A DNA stretch of 64,000 nt from an uncultured virus (IMG/VR IMGVR_UViG_3300037453_000161) (IMGVR_UViG_3300037453_000161); one strand, 5' to 3'; positions 1 through 10,772 are shown, numbered from the stretch's first letter. Numbers and translations: made by a program. The notes: generated by a model from the letters alone, not told the origin.

Positions 1-3000
1 TTAGGAGCAGAGCCAGCAGTGTCGGTTGATTTAGTGTAGTAAAGGGTAAGGCTATCGAGCACAATACTGTAACCTTGCGACCATACCGAAATGTTATTGC
101 CTGACGTGATACGAACAAGGCTGTTGTCAAATGCAGACTTATCTTGTGCAGAACGGAGTTCGGTCTCAACAATTTTCTCGACATTCAGACTTGCTACCGA
201 AATGCCAAGGTCTTTCCAAGACCCATTTGAGGTCGTAATTGACAATCCGCTCCAAGTCTTTGAGTAGAGTGGCTTACCGAGGTAAGAGCCAATCAACTGC
301 TCGTCAGTTGAATACACTCTGTCTGCGGCGATAAGGTTGAGGTCGCCAGCATAGACGTTGGTTGGAGCAGTGAGTTGAACGACATCTAATTCACCAGTGA
401 AGGCGGTTGATGTAAAACCATTATCGCCATATGCTGAAAGTTGGATGTATTCACCAGCGGCTAAATAAATGGTTGAAGCATAATCAAATGCTTGGAGTGA
501 CTTTGATACATAACCATCGTCATTTGCAAAAGTGCCGCCGTGTCCAGTATCACCATTTTTTCTCCAGTATGAAACGAATCTACCAGCACTTGAAGTATCA
601 GTTTGCCTTGATTTTGCAGAGAACAAGTACCAACCATCCACAGGTGCAACAAACGAGTTGTTTGAAGTGTTAATCAGACTGATATTGCCTTTGGCATCAG
701 CAGATGATACGTTCAAGGTTGCAACAGCCCCAGCAGTAGATGGAGTTACACTGAATGGAACGTGAACCTTATACTGATTATTATCGCCAGCAATCACAGC
801 GAGGTTGCTTTCACACTTGATACAGTATTTGACCGAAGTGTTGGTTGGGCGAGCAGTGTAAACACCACCAGCAGGGTTTGAAGTCTGTGGAGTCCAAGTT
901 GCTTGAACAGTTGAATAGTATGCCTCTCTTACGGCAACGCTATCAACTTTGCTTGGGTAACCGTTAGCACTAGAGCGGTTAGTACCGTTCATAGTACCAA
1001 TTCCGTTACCATAGGAATAGACAGATGGAGTTTCAGTAGCGTCTTGGTGAACACCTACGTTCTCACCAGAACCTTGTTTGTAAGTACCAGTATCGCCAGT
1101 AGGACGAGTAGTCTCGTGGCTGTTTTCACCAGTACCACGCAAGAACTCACCACGAAGGTCAGGTACAGCCCAAGTGTTTTGTGCCGCATTACCACCGAAG
1201 TAGTCAATCGCACCAAACTCGGTAATGAAGTGAGCCTCAAGTTCTGGGTAATCGCCTACGTTATAAACAGTACCGTCGCAGTCGAGGTAGTGTTTAGGGG
1301 TATTGTTGCCCATATAAGAGATGATGTTACCAACTGGGCTATCTTGGAGACCATCGCTGTTGTCGATGTACTTAACTGGGTCGACTACACGACCAATCTC
1401 GGTGATAGTAACTTGAGAGGTTTTAGAATAAACCTGAAGGTTCTCGCCCTGCTGTTTTTCGCAGTATGCTTCAATCTGGACAGCACTATCAGTATCGTTA
1501 TTGAAGATACCCGAAGCAGTGTCGTTCAAAGCCCAAACGGTTGGTTCGCCATCATAAGGGTCAACATAACAAATAGCGTTATTTTTATTATCGCCAACCT
1601 TGCGGACATACCACTCACCATTGAGGTTTTTAGTTGAGCCATTAGCGTACAAACCGATGCTCAAGATAACCTTGACGGTAGTATGAGCAGGAATCGTCCA
1701 TACACCTGCTGAAGGTTGAGTAATAGTAGAGCCAGTCCTGTTCACAAATGGAATACGCCCATCAACGACAGTCCAGTTACTATTTCTAGTAGGGCTAATC
1801 AAAGCATCAGCATAACGCATCTCATCGCCACGCATATTGACGTTGTAGGTCGTTCCGCCTCCGCCTGAACCTGCAACAGAGATGGTCGTGAAGGTTACAG
1901 TCGAACCGCTGATTGCAGTAGCAAGACCAATCGTGCCAGCAGCATCATAAGCAAGGGTTTTACCCAAGATGATGTCGCTAGTTACAGGGGTGGTAGTGCC
2001 GTCATACTGATAAAGGTCAGTAAGAGAAATGTAAGAAGCGTTGCCAACAGCGGCGGCAATCGTATCAGTAGTGTTGTACACAAATGAACTTGCGTCGCCA
2101 CTTCCACTAATCGTCATAGTCTCAACCGTAAGGTTTGCAGAAGTGTGTGAAGTTACGACACCAAGGCTACCATCACCGTCATAAATGAGGGTTTCGCCAT
2201 CAACAACGTCAGAAGCACTCAAGCCAGTAACAGTTGAGATAGGAACGGTAGTAGTGTTCGTGATACCAGTATCAAGAGTTTCAGAAGTGAAGTAAGAGCC
2301 GTCTGAAAGGTCGTTAAGGTCAGTGTAAGTAAATAGGACAGTCCCAGTCTTCCCGTCTTTGACTCTCCAACCAGTGATTACACCGCCTACGGTTACAGCC
2401 TCAAAGTCATAAGTCGTATCGCCTACGTCAGTATGAGTGAAAAGAACCGTACCAGTGTCGTGGTCTTTGACACGCCAACCAGTGACAGAACCACTTACGG
2501 TGACATCTTCAAAATCGTAAGTAGTGTTGTCGTTATCGTTTTGGTCAACATAGGTGTAAAGAACCGTGCCAGTATCGTGGTCTTTTACTTTCCAACCAGT
2601 GATTTTACCGCCAGAAGTAGTGGTAGTCTCAAAGTCGTAAGTTGTATCTTCATCTTTTGGAAGGGTCACAGAACCATCTGCGTTTTTAGGAATTGGGTTT
2701 CCAGATGGGTAATCACCATACTTGTAAATGTCTAGGACATAGTTACCAGCGTTGAGGGTATGTGAGTAAGCCCAAGTAATGTTGCAGGAGTTGTCGATAT
2801 TCGAGATAACCCATTCGCAAAGGTGGTCATCGTGAGATGAGTCTTCACGAACGTATGCGAAGTCCCCTGCAAGTGGAGTTTGCCATCCAAGAGCAGTAGC
2901 CGCCGCACAGGTTGCAGGAAGGTCAGTATAATCATCAACAGCACCTAAACGAGTACCACGACGCTCGCCAGGAGCAGTTGTGATAGTCTCTACGGTTAAG

Positions 3001-3773
3001 TTAGAGCCATTTACGGCAGTAACACGACCAACAGAACCAGCCTCGTCGTAGATGAGGGTTTCACCGATTACGACATCTGCGAGGGTAAGACCAGTCACAG
3101 AGGAAGCCGCAACGGTAGAAGTGCCAGTGATGACGGTTGTTAATACACCAGAAGTGAAGTAAGTACCGTCTGATGGGTCGCCAGTTGGGTTGACATAGGT
3201 ATAGATAATGTCACCGTTCTTCTTGAAGTCCCAACCAGTAGCATTGTCTTCAATTACATACTCATCATTCTTGTCTACATAGGTGAAGATAACCTGACCG
3301 TCCTTGAACAACTGCCAACCAGTTGGAGTTGATTCTGCGGTGTATTCAGGAACTTCAGTAGAACCTTTGTCCGTATGAGTAAAAATGACAGAACCGCCAC
3401 GGATGATTTGGAAGCCAGTAGCGGTATCTTCGTATGAGTCGATAGTATCTTTATCGACATAGGTAAAAATTACAGTATTGTTTCTCTTTGCCCTCCAACC
3501 TGTTGCCGTTTGTTCAAACGTGTAGCGGTCAATAGAGCCACCACCAGAGCCAGAAGTGCAAATCCATCCCCCACAGGTTTCGTCGTAGATGTACGTCCCA
3601 CGGTAGGTAGTACAATCAGAAATGTCGTCCATAAGGACGTACTCTACACCTTCATCACCTGCTTCGGGGAGTTCGGTGACGAACTCGTGTCCGCCACCGC
3701 CACTCTGTTTTGGAAGTTTCTTCGGCGTGACTGTTCCAGGGCGGATGTCACACTCTTCGTCACTATTTGCCAT
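1..3773 (-). CDS. Large tail fibre/adhesin with tail-collar domain (>1257 aa, runs off the left edge)
   Basis: Open frame read by hand from ATG 3773 (MANSDEECDIRPG...) to the edge with no stop, hence missing from the ORF track. Repeats TTYDFE.VT..G.VTGWRVKD..TGTVLFT; collar motif PVGNIISYMGNNTPKHYLDCDG...PDLRGEFLRG. Confidence 0.8.
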   Translation of the reverse strand, partial: MANSDEECDIRPGTVTPKKLPKQSGGGGHEFVTELPEAGDEGVEYVLMDDISDCTTYRGTYIYDETCGGWICTSGSGGGSIDRYTFEQTATGWRAKRNNTVIFTYVDKDTIDSYEDTATGFQIIRGGSVIFTHTDKGSTEVPEYTAESTPTGWQLFKDGQVIFTYVDKNDEYVIEDNATGWDFKKNGDIIYTYVNPTGDPSDGTYFTSGVLTTVITGTSTVAASSVTGLTLADVVIGETLIYDEAGSVGRVTAVNGSNLTVETITTAPGERRGTRLGAVDDYTDLPATCAAATALGWQTPLAGDFAYVREDSSHDDHLCEWVISNIDNSCNITWAYSHTLNAGNYVLDIYKYGDYPSGNPIPKNADGSVTLPKDEDTTYDFETTTTSGGKITGWKVKDHDTGTVLYTYVDQNDNDNTTYDFEDVTVSGSVTGWRVKDHDTGTVLFTHTDVGDTTYDFEAVTVGGVITGWRVKDGKTGTVLFTYTDLNDLSDGSYFTSETLDTGITNTTTVPISTVTGLSASDVVDGETLIYDGDGSLGVVTSHTSANLTVETMTISGSGDASSFVYNTTDTIAAAVGNASYISLTDLYQYDGTTTPVTSDIILGKTLAYDAAGTIGLATAISGSTVTFTTISVAGSGGGGTTYNVNMRGDEMRYADALISPTRNSNWTVVDGRIPFVNRTGSTITQPSAGVWTIPAHTTVKVILSIGLYANGSTKNLNGEWYVRKVGDNKNNAICYVDPYDGEPTVWALNDTASGIFNNDTDSAVQIEAYCEKQQGENLQVYSKTSQVTITEIGRVVDPVKYIDNSDGLQDSPVGNIISYMGNNTPKHYLDCDGTVYNVGDYPELEAHFITEFGAIDYFGGNAAQNTWAVPDLRGEFLRGTGENSHETTRPTGDTGTYKQGSGENVGVHQDATETPSVYSYGNGIGTMNGTNRSSANGYPSKVDSVAVREAYYSTVQATWTPQTSNPAGGVYTARPTNTSVKYCIKCESNLAVIAGDNNQYKVHVPFSVTPSTAGAVATLNVSSADAKGNISLINTSNNSFVAPVDGWYLFSAKSRQTDTSSAGRFVSYWRKNGDTGHGGTFANDDGYVSKSLQAFDYASTIYLAAGEYIQLSAYGDNGFTSTAFTGELDVVQLTAPTNVYAGDLNLIAADRVYSTDEQLIGSYLGKPLYSKTWSGLSITTSNGSWKDLGISVASLNVEKIVETELRSAQDKSAFDNSLVRITSGNNISVWSQGYSIVLDSLTLYYTKSTDTAGSAP

Positions 3774-3807
3774 AGTTTCTAATCCTTTACTTAAAAATTA
3801 TTATTGG

Positions 3808-3840
3808 TAGGGACGGGGAGGAACTCAACCGTCCCTACTA
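3808..3840 (-). terminator. Intrinsic terminator-like hairpin
   Basis: GTAGGGACGG...CCGTCCCTAC inverted repeat after the 3856..5259 gene. Confidence 0.5.
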
Positions 3841-3855
3841 TGATTTTACTACTGA

Positions 3856-5259
3856 TTAGGATTCAGTAATTTTAGCAATTTTCTTGCGTACACCATTTTC
3901 GTCAGCGGCGATAGTGAACTGAAGTTCAACAGTCGTCTCGTCAGAACGAGAGATGTTGTTGTTCAAAGTCGTGACGAAGGCATTTTCGTAGTAGTGATAC
4001 TCGATAGTGCCATCTTTCTTGCGAAGAGGAGCAAGAATGTTGACGTTGAAGTCACGGAACTCGTTAGTGACTTCGTAAACTTCAGCAGTAGCCTCTTTAC
4101 GATAGACAATGTTAAGTTCCTGACCAATCCAGTCTTTGCCAACGAGGACAAGACCACGAGTGAAGTCACCCTTGAAGTTTGAGGTGAGAACCTGGAACTT
4201 GTCAGAGTCAGTGACACTCATTACTGGGATTGGGCTGTTGACACGAGTGAGGGAGTGAGCGTTGTTAGCACAACCAGGGGTTTGTACATAAACAAAGCCA
4301 CAGTCTTCAATAGCGTCAGAAAGTTGGATTACACCGTAGCCCTTGAGTTCTTCAGCAAGGTCTTCGTCGATGTAAGCGAAGTAATCTTCAGCGGCAAGAA
4401 CTTCACGAGTTACAATCTTCATAATGCCGAAGGTTTCGTCATCAGATTTGTAAAGAGTTGGGTTCAAGAAGCGAAGGTTCTCGGTGTATTTGTTGGTGGT
4501 GATAGTAGCAGTCATAGTACCGCTCTGTGGGTCGTATTCAGAAGTAGAACAAGCACCTTCGATAACGTCGAATGACTGGCTGTCACCCCAAGTGTCGATA
4601 CAAGAGAGAAGGATGGTGTTGTTGAGTTCGAGGTCTTCGATGCTCTCGTAGAAAGCGATTGAAGAGATACCTGCGAGGTCTCCAGCCTTCAAGTTAGTAC
4701 CGTCAACGGTGAAGCGGAGTTTGACACCGATTTGGTCGATGTTCCAACCGTTGCCAGTAGTGGTCTGTTGTGCGGCAGTTAAGTCGAACTTTGCTAGGTA
4801 GAAGCCTTCTGCGGTAGCGTGAACTTTGGTCGTAACGCTATCGTAGTTGTCCCAAGCAGTTTCGGTGTATTCTGCGATGTCCATAGCAATAGTATGGTCA
4901 CCAGCAGGAAGCCAGAAGTAAGCAACGACAGTACCAGCGACATACTGGAGAGCGTCCATATACTTGTAGAAGTCACCGAAGACTACACTTACGCCATCTT
5001 CTTTAACTTCACCTTGCATAGAACCAGTGTTATAGCATTTGTTCTTTGAACAGCCGATAATGTCATCAGGAACGTTAGCAGCGTTGTAATATGGTGAGTT
5101 GAGGTTTACAAGGTTGTCCTTGTTGTCAACGTTACGGGTGTCTAACTTCGCACAAGATGCGAGGTCATCAAGAACGGAAATCGCAATGATGTCTTCATTT
5201 TTGAGTTTTCCGATTTGGTCGGCTTTGATAACAAAGCCTTTTGAGTCACATTTAGCCAT
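3856..5259 (-). CDS. Probable major tail (tube) protein
   Basis: 467 aa, acidic, beta-rich; C-terminus YYENAFVTTLNNNISRSDETTVELQFTI resembles tail-tube proteins; structural context. Confidence 0.55.
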   Translation of the reverse strand: MAKCDSKGFVIKADQIGKLKNEDIIAISVLDDLASCAKLDTRNVDNKDNLVNLNSPYYNAANVPDDIIGCSKNKCYNTGSMQGEVKEDGVSVVFGDFYKYMDALQYVAGTVVAYFWLPAGDHTIAMDIAEYTETAWDNYDSVTTKVHATAEGFYLAKFDLTAAQQTTTGNGWNIDQIGVKLRFTVDGTNLKAGDLAGISSIAFYESIEDLELNNTILLSCIDTWGDSQSFDVIEGACSTSEYDPQSGTMTATITTNKYTENLRFLNPTLYKSDDETFGIMKIVTREVLAAEDYFAYIDEDLAEELKGYGVIQLSDAIEDCGFVYVQTPGCANNAHSLTRVNSPIPVMSVTDSDKFQVLTSNFKGDFTRGLVLVGKDWIGQELNIVYRKEATAEVYEVTNEFRDFNVNILAPLRKKDGTIEYHYYENAFVTTLNNNISRSDETTVELQFTIAADENGVRKKIAKITES

Positions 5260-5262
5260 AAA

Positions 5263-5493
5263 TTACTCCTTTGCGGCAGCAATGTTAGCAGCAAAGCGGT
5301 CAAAGCCTCTTTGCATTTTAGGTGTCATTTTTCCGAACTTCTCAACGGCTTGCATACGAGTTGCGAGCATACGCTGAAGTCTCTGTTGTTTAGCCTTTTC
5401 GCTCTCCTCGGTAGAAGCAGCAAAGGCTGGAGTAGCGACATTCTGTGCACTTGCTCCATTGGCGGTTTTTTTAGCCATAAGTAATCCTTTCAT
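5263..5493 (-). CDS. Hypothetical basic protein
   Basis: ORF with SD GAAAGGA; likely start at MAKKT. Confidence 0.6.
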   Translation of the reverse strand: MKGLLMAKKTANGASAQNVATPAFAASTEESEKAKQQRLQRMLATRMQAVEKFGKMTPKMQRGFDRFAANIAAAKE

Positions 5494-5589
5494 CTAATCT
5501 TCTGGATTAACGAGGTGTCATCTATTCTAACTATACCATAAAAAAACAAAAACAATTTTAAGGGGTATAATGGTAAAAAAAGAGGAACT

Positions 5590-7275
5590 ATGACTATTCA
5601 AAATACCCGTGAAGAAATCCAAAAGCACGAGAATCAAGAATACATCGAAAGCCGTCCAAAGTGGGTGACAGGACGTATTCCTTCTCTCTCGGATTACCGC
5701 AAATTATCAGTAGATAACTTTGAGGAAGCGTTTGCACTCGCTAAACTCGGTCAGCAAGTAACCACAGCCATTTTGCCAACCTACCACGGCAAGCCACTCC
5801 TGCTCACTTTCACCCAAGCCCTCATCATCGGGGCTGCTATTTTGTCTCGTGAACAGGCGGAGAAGATGGGTCTGAACTTCGAGAAGTACCGTTCTGTGCT
5901 TATGGTCTGTCCATCTCGCTATGGTAAGTCATTCTTGAACGCTATTGTCGCAATCATTAAAGCAGGTACAGAAGGCAAGGAAGTCCGTATCGGCGGTGCT
6001 ACAACGCCAAAAGCAGGGATTATTCAGGAAAAGGTCGTTTCTCTCCTTCCAGACACAATTCCAGCCATCCAAAACGGTCTTGTGGTCACGGCGGAAGACG
6101 GCGATGTCAATAAGAAAGTCCAGCGTCTAGCCACTCAAGCAAGCAAGGAAGCCCTCCAATGGCAGAATGGTGGCTCAATTAAGTTGTTCTCCACCAATGA
6201 AGGGCGTAAGAACGCAGATGTCGGTGCAGCAGGTGCTATCGGTATTGGTGGTGATTTCGTGATTCTTGATGAGATTCAGTTGATGACCCCTGTTGGTTTC
6301 CGTACTGCATCACGTTTTATGATGGAAAACCCTAATACCAAGCGTTTCTGTGTCGGCAACCCACAGATTAACGGGCACTTCAAAGACCTCTACGACGACC
6401 CAGACACATTCGTTGTCCATATTAACGATACCACAGCCATCATTGAAGAGCGTATGTCCCGTCACGGCTTTGAATTAACTGGTATTCCGACCTATTCTGA
6501 AGAGTACAGAGCCTTCATTATGTGTGAGTTCCCAGATGAGAACAGTGGCACGAGGTTCTTCCCAACCCTCCCAACGGTCTTTGACGAGGCTAAAATGCCA
6601 AAACCAGTCTCACAACAGTATTTTATGGGTATTGACTCTGCTTACAAGGGTGGAGACAGCCTTCTCGTGACCCTTTTGTCACTTAACAACCTCAAGGACG
6701 GCTCACGCTACGCTGTTGTTGAACAGCAGATTGACCTCAAGGAGAAGTACCCAGAGTGGGATGAAGACACCACAACCAACATTGCACTCGATATTTTGAG
6801 ATTATGGCAGCAAAAAGGCGTTATGGCAGGGGCAATCGACATCGGCTTCGGTATTCACATCTACGAGCGTATTATGCAGTTAGACCCTGATTGCAACCTT
6901 GAGCCTGTCAACTTCGCCCAGAAACCGACAGAATGGCGTGTAGAGAGCGATTATTCGGCTAAAATGGCTTCTAATGCCCGTGCAGAGATGCACCTAGACC
7001 TTCGAGACCTATGTGAGAGCCATCTCGTGTTTATTCGTGATGGTAAGACCTATGACACGCTTTTACGCCAAATGCGTGAAGTTGGCAATGCCACGGACAA
7101 TTTAACGGCTAAAATCCGCATTGAAGCCAAGAAAGACATTAAGAACCGCCTAGGACGCTCTCCAGATAACCTAGACTCGCTTTGTTTGAGTATTAGGGCT
7201 TTAGTGCTGTCTGGTGTCCTTGAAGGGCGTGGAAACGACGCAGAAGCCGATGATTTGATTGTAGAGGTGTTCTAA
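5590..7275 (+). CDS. terL: Terminase large subunit
   Basis: Walker A PSRYGKS, Walker B FVILDE, GNP motif, nuclease GIDSA and LGRSPDNLDS. Confidence 0.92.
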   Translation: MTIQNTREEIQKHENQEYIESRPKWVTGRIPSLSDYRKLSVDNFEEAFALAKLGQQVTTAILPTYHGKPLLLTFTQALIIGAAILSREQAEKMGLNFEKYRSVLMVCPSRYGKSFLNAIVAIIKAGTEGKEVRIGGATTPKAGIIQEKVVSLLPDTIPAIQNGLVVTAEDGDVNKKVQRLATQASKEALQWQNGGSIKLFSTNEGRKNADVGAAGAIGIGGDFVILDEIQLMTPVGFRTASRFMMENPNTKRFCVGNPQINGHFKDLYDDPDTFVVHINDTTAIIEERMSRHGFELTGIPTYSEEYRAFIMCEFPDENSGTRFFPTLPTVFDEAKMPKPVSQQYFMGIDSAYKGGDSLLVTLLSLNNLKDGSRYAVVEQQIDLKEKYPEWDEDTTTNIALDILRLWQQKGVMAGAIDIGFGIHIYERIMQLDPDCNLEPVNFAQKPTEWRVESDYSAKMASNARAEMHLDLRDLCESHLVFIRDGKTYDTLLRQMREVGNATDNLTAKIRIEAKKDIKNRLGRSPDNLDSLCLSIRALVLSGVLEGRGNDAEADDLIVEVF

Positions 7276-7574
7276 TGGGCAAATTGGAGAATCTCAAGCG
7301 TGGTGACAAGTTAGATGCTAATGGGCAGAGCCATAACTGGAATGTTCACAACGGACGCAAATTCGGAAAGCGATATGGTCGGAAAGGCGGAAAGGCTCGC
7401 TGGGCTTCAATGACGCAGGAAGAGAAGGAACTAATTTGGGCAAAACGGGACTATGCGATTGAACAGAACAGTAGGTTAAAGGCTAGGATGTCTAAAATGA
7501 GCCTTACCCCTGCAAAGAACCTTTCAAGGCAGGAAATCGAGGAATACGAAGAGTTCTTTGGCGACATCCTATGA
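7275..7574 (+). CDS. Small basic protein with KGG-like motif
   Basis: GRKFGKRYGRKGGKAR; coupled to terL by TAATG overlap. Confidence 0.6.
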   Translation: MGKLENLKRGDKLDANGQSHNWNVHNGRKFGKRYGRKGGKARWASMTQEEKELIWAKRDYAIEQNSRLKARMSKMSLTPAKNLSRQEIEEYEEFFGDIL

Positions 7575-7583
7575 ACGTGGGTG

Positions 7584-7656
7584 TTGACATTATGTTTCGG
7601 GTATGCTATAATAGGGGTAACGAGAAACACATAAGACACTCGTAGAAAGGGCTTTT
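7584..7656 (+). promoter_or_regulatory. Early-type promoter plus shared leader (only full + strand copy)
   Basis: TTGACA 7584, 17 bp, TATAAT 7607; AAACACATAAGACAC 7625-7639; SD GAAAGG. Confidence 0.9.
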
Positions 7657-7989
7657 ATGCCAACCATTAACAATAAAGATGTGATGCGTGGAACGAAAAT
7701 CACTTGGGAGGAACTCGAAGAGTACCTCTCCAACAACCACGACGGCAAAGGCGTTATCGTCTTTAAGCAAGGCAAGTGGTTCAAAAAGGAGTTCACCGAA
7801 ATTGAACGCTCATACGAGGTTCACGGAAACTGCAAGTGGTTCGATAGCACGAAGTTGGGTAAATCCATCTTCGGTTACTGCCTAGACAACGACCCACAGG
7901 AGCAGGGCGTACGTCTCGACCACTATATGTTCTACCACGACAACCCAGAAGACAACTGGCAAGTTGACTACTGCTACATTGTAGAGTAG
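7657..7989 (+). CDS. Hypothetical protein in a stand-alone cassette
   Basis: 110 aa with own promoter, SD and downstream terminator; SIFGYCLD..GVRLD motif. Confidence 0.8.
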   Translation: MPTINNKDVMRGTKITWEELEEYLSNNHDGKGVIVFKQGKWFKKEFTEIERSYEVHGNCKWFDSTKLGKSIFGYCLDNDPQEQGVRLDHYMFYHDNPEDNWQVDYCYIVE

Positions 7990-8038
7990 AATTGAATTAA
8001 CTCGTATATCTGCCTGGGTAGGTACACGACGAGATTCG

Positions 8039-8070
8039 ACCAAAAAACCCCCATTTCGGGGGCTTTTTGG
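8039..8070. terminator. Bidirectional intrinsic terminator
   Basis: A-run, CCCC-ATTTC-GGGG hairpin, T-run, between convergent genes. Confidence 0.8.
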
Positions 8071-8094
8071 TTTCTAGGTGGTTAGTGTGTCAGA

Positions 8095-9234
8095 CTAGAG
8101 AGCCTTTGGGTAAAGGTAGCCGTTGACACCGCTGTTCACGAAGTTTTCAAGACCACCGAGCGATGCAGAATCGCAGATAGAGTCGAGATGTACGTTCGAG
8201 ACCATTACGAGACCTAACCAGTTAGTCACGACGGTAGTACCAGCGTTGTGCATAGTGATACAGTGACCACCACAGTCATCTTCGCTGTCTTTCGTCTTGA
8301 TGTATGGGTTGTTAAGAGCGTAAAGCATCTTAATACCGACATAGTTAGGGTTGATGAGCCACATAGAAGTAGTGTTAGTGTCGAGGTCAACATCGACGTA
8401 GCGAGACTCGATGATTTCCATACGACCATAAGCCACACCACCGTTGCTGGTCAAACGCCACTTGGTAAGTGGGTCAGTCTTGAGGTAGGTGCGTACTTCT
8501 TGTTCGAGAGTCTTACGAGCAATCGGGTTGATTGCGATGATGTAATTCTCTGCGGACATACCCATAGCAGAAAGGCGGCACTCAAGCATTTCGATTGCAG
8601 CGATGAAGCCAGCAGAACCGTCTACTTGAAGCACACGCTCATCAGCGAGACGGGAAATGAGACCGTTGAATGGACGCATACCCTGACCAGAATAGGTTGG
8701 AGTACCTAAAATGGTGTTACGCTCGAAGATGAAGCGGCTGTAAAGAGCGACATATTTGCGACGAATAGTCGACATAGAGTCGCCAACCTTCTTCCAAGGG
8801 AATTGAGTGTCGTAGTTGTGATGTTTGACAACGTCTTCAAGCATTTCATCAAGAGAGGTTGCAACACAGTCTTTGACACAGAGTTCGTGCAAGTCGAGTT
8901 TGTAACGACAAGCAGTAACGGTAGGAAGACCAACACAACAGCCAGTGCCATCATCATCAAGGTTCTCAAGACCAGAGTCCGAGATTACATATGGAGTTTG
9001 GACATAGTATTTGGTACGACCTGCACCACAGGGGTCAATCAAGATTTCAGCCTGACGAGCCACCGCATTGTTAATGAGGCGAGAAGCAAGTGGGTCTGCA
9101 CCAGCGTTGTTGCTGTTAGCAATAGCCTTGCTCTTGTCATTCTGAATCCCAACTTGGATTGCGTCGATAACGTTAGTCGCAAATTGTGAAGCGGCTTCGT
9201 TCAAATCGACTGGATTCTTACCTTCAAAACGCAT
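8095..9234 (-). CDS. Probable major capsid protein
   Basis: 379 aa directly after protease/scaffold; ERNTILG...PFNGL resembles the HK97-fold spine/P-domain pattern. Confidence 0.7.
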   Translation of the reverse strand: MRFEGKNPVDLNEAASQFATNVIDAIQVGIQNDKSKAIANSNNAGADPLASRLINNAVARQAEILIDPCGAGRTKYYVQTPYVISDSGLENLDDDGTGCCVGLPTVTACRYKLDLHELCVKDCVATSLDEMLEDVVKHHNYDTQFPWKKVGDSMSTIRRKYVALYSRFIFERNTILGTPTYSGQGMRPFNGLISRLADERVLQVDGSAGFIAAIEMLECRLSAMGMSAENYIIAINPIARKTLEQEVRTYLKTDPLTKWRLTSNGGVAYGRMEIIESRYVDVDLDTNTTSMWLINPNYVGIKMLYALNNPYIKTKDSEDDCGGHCITMHNAGTTVVTNWLGLVMVSNVHLDSICDSASLGGLENFVNSGVNGYLYPKAL

Positions 9235-9236
9235 AA

Positions 9237-10454
9237 TTATTCTCCTAATTCGTTAAAGGCTTGTTTGTATGAATCGACAAGGGAGTTCTTCTCTTTGTCG
9301 TCTTCGTCAGGTGTCACATCAGCACCCTCTTCTTCGGTAGGTTCAGAGGCAGATGCAAGGGACAATACGTTTTTCAGTTTTGCCTCAAACGATTCCTCTT
9401 TCTCTTCCTTCGCAGAGAGTTTTGCTTTCAGTTCAGCATTTTCTTCTTTCGCAGCCTTTAATTCGGCTTTGAGAGATTCGACAGCGGCAGCGAGTTGGTC
9501 GACAGTAGATTCACCAGCGTCTTCAGCAGGTTCTTCGGCTTCAGCCTCTTCACCTTCTTCTTCAGCGGCTTCCTCTTCGCCAGCGTCTTCAGTTTCGGCT
9601 TCGCCTTCAACATCTTCACCAGCAGCAGCGTTCTGCTCGACTTCCTCTTCACCTTTGTCTTCTGCTTCGCCAGCAGGTTCAGCGTCCTCAACTTCAGCGT
9701 CTTCGACCTTGGTATCGACCTCTTCGTTCTCGATTTCGCCTTCTGCTTCGAGTTTCTTCTTCTCTTCTTCAGACATAGTGTTCTTTCCTTCCTCTTCACC
9801 AGCACTTGCCTTTTTGAGCAAGTCCTCGTCGTAAGAGTTAGCATTTTTAGGGTTGTCAACCACAGCGTACCCGACCACAGAGAGAGCACTAATCTTTGGG
9901 ATTAAGTACCAATCTGGGAATGAGGTGTCACCCGTGACTACTGATGCTTTGACGTATTCGTCAGCCTCATAGTAGAACTCGGATGAAATCGCTTTGCGGT
10001 TCATTGCGTGAAGTAGGTCTTTGGTTGCATAAAGTTCGTGGTCTAGTTTAACATTGACATCTACCCCGTATCTGTCATCGCCAAGTTCAACCAAGCGAAG
10101 TTCGCTCTTCTTGAACTTACCGAGGTCGATACCAGAGATATGGTCTTTGTTAATGTAGCCCTCGAAGTCTTTAGGTAACTCGTCAAACCACTTCTTAATA
10201 ACGCCTTTCCCGATAACTGCATAAGGAGTAGAGTCACCCTCTACAACTACGCCTTCATCGAGTAAGCGTACCCAGTTCTCTTTCTCTTCAGAGAACTTGT
10301 CAATGGCAAACGTTGCACCGACATTGGCATTTTCAGCCGAAGCGTCGTATTTACAATGTCTGTCCCATTTCTTCTTCAAGGCTTGTCGGTGCATCACATT
10401 CTTACGAATACGACCATCGAGCGTGCCTTTTGGAATCTTGTACTCGTCAAACAT
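9237..10454 (-). CDS. Prohead protease/scaffold fusion
   Basis: N-terminal INKDH...ISSEF...VVDNPKNANS protease-like motifs; very acidic coiled-coil C-terminus. Confidence 0.7.
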   Translation of the reverse strand: MFDEYKIPKGTLDGRIRKNVMHRQALKKKWDRHCKYDASAENANVGATFAIDKFSEEKENWVRLLDEGVVVEGDSTPYAVIGKGVIKKWFDELPKDFEGYINKDHISGIDLGKFKKSELRLVELGDDRYGVDVNVKLDHELYATKDLLHAMNRKAISSEFYYEADEYVKASVVTGDTSFPDWYLIPKISALSVVGYAVVDNPKNANSYDEDLLKKASAGEEEGKNTMSEEEKKKLEAEGEIENEEVDTKVEDAEVEDAEPAGEAEDKGEEEVEQNAAAGEDVEGEAETEDAGEEEAAEEEGEEAEAEEPAEDAGESTVDQLAAAVESLKAELKAAKEENAELKAKLSAKEEKEESFEAKLKNVLSLASASEPTEEEGADVTPDEDDKEKNSLVDSYKQAFNELGE

Positions 10455-10457
10455 AGT

Positions 10458-10769
10458 TTATTCCTCGATTACCTTGAAAGGGTTAAAAATGACTTTCGGT
10501 TTCGCTGATGGGCAAGTTCCACATTTCGTGATTTCGTACTTGATACCTCTACTGTCTAACTCTGCTTTGAGTTCAGGGGTGGACAGCATCTTCTCCCGTA
10601 CATCACCAATCGTACCCTTGATGTAGTCAATGAAGACTGGGTCTTTGGTCTCGTACTGTGTATCAGGTAGGAAAGTCAATCTCTTGGAGGTGTAACCACC
10701 TTTTTCACGGGTGACCATAACCATCCTGTCGATTGCTCCAGCCATAAAATCGTGTAATGCGAAAATCAT
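10458..10769 (-). CDS. Hypothetical protein (CxxC)
   Basis: ORF in head operon with SD AGGAG; KCGTCP. Confidence 0.7.
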   Translation of the reverse strand: MIFALHDFMAGAIDRMVMVTREKGGYTSKRLTFLPDTQYETKDPVFIDYIKGTIGDVREKMLSTPELKAELDSRGIKYEITKCGTCPSAKPKVIFNPFKVIEE

Positions 10770-10772
10770 AGC

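Noticed and set aside
431..3810. Short ORF-track calls in 0.4-3.8 kb
   Set aside because: Shadows of the long minus-strand fibre gene that runs off the edge
9265..9905. Ser-rich and Phe-rich + strand ORFs
   Set aside because: Antisense shadows of the Glu/Ala-rich scaffold region
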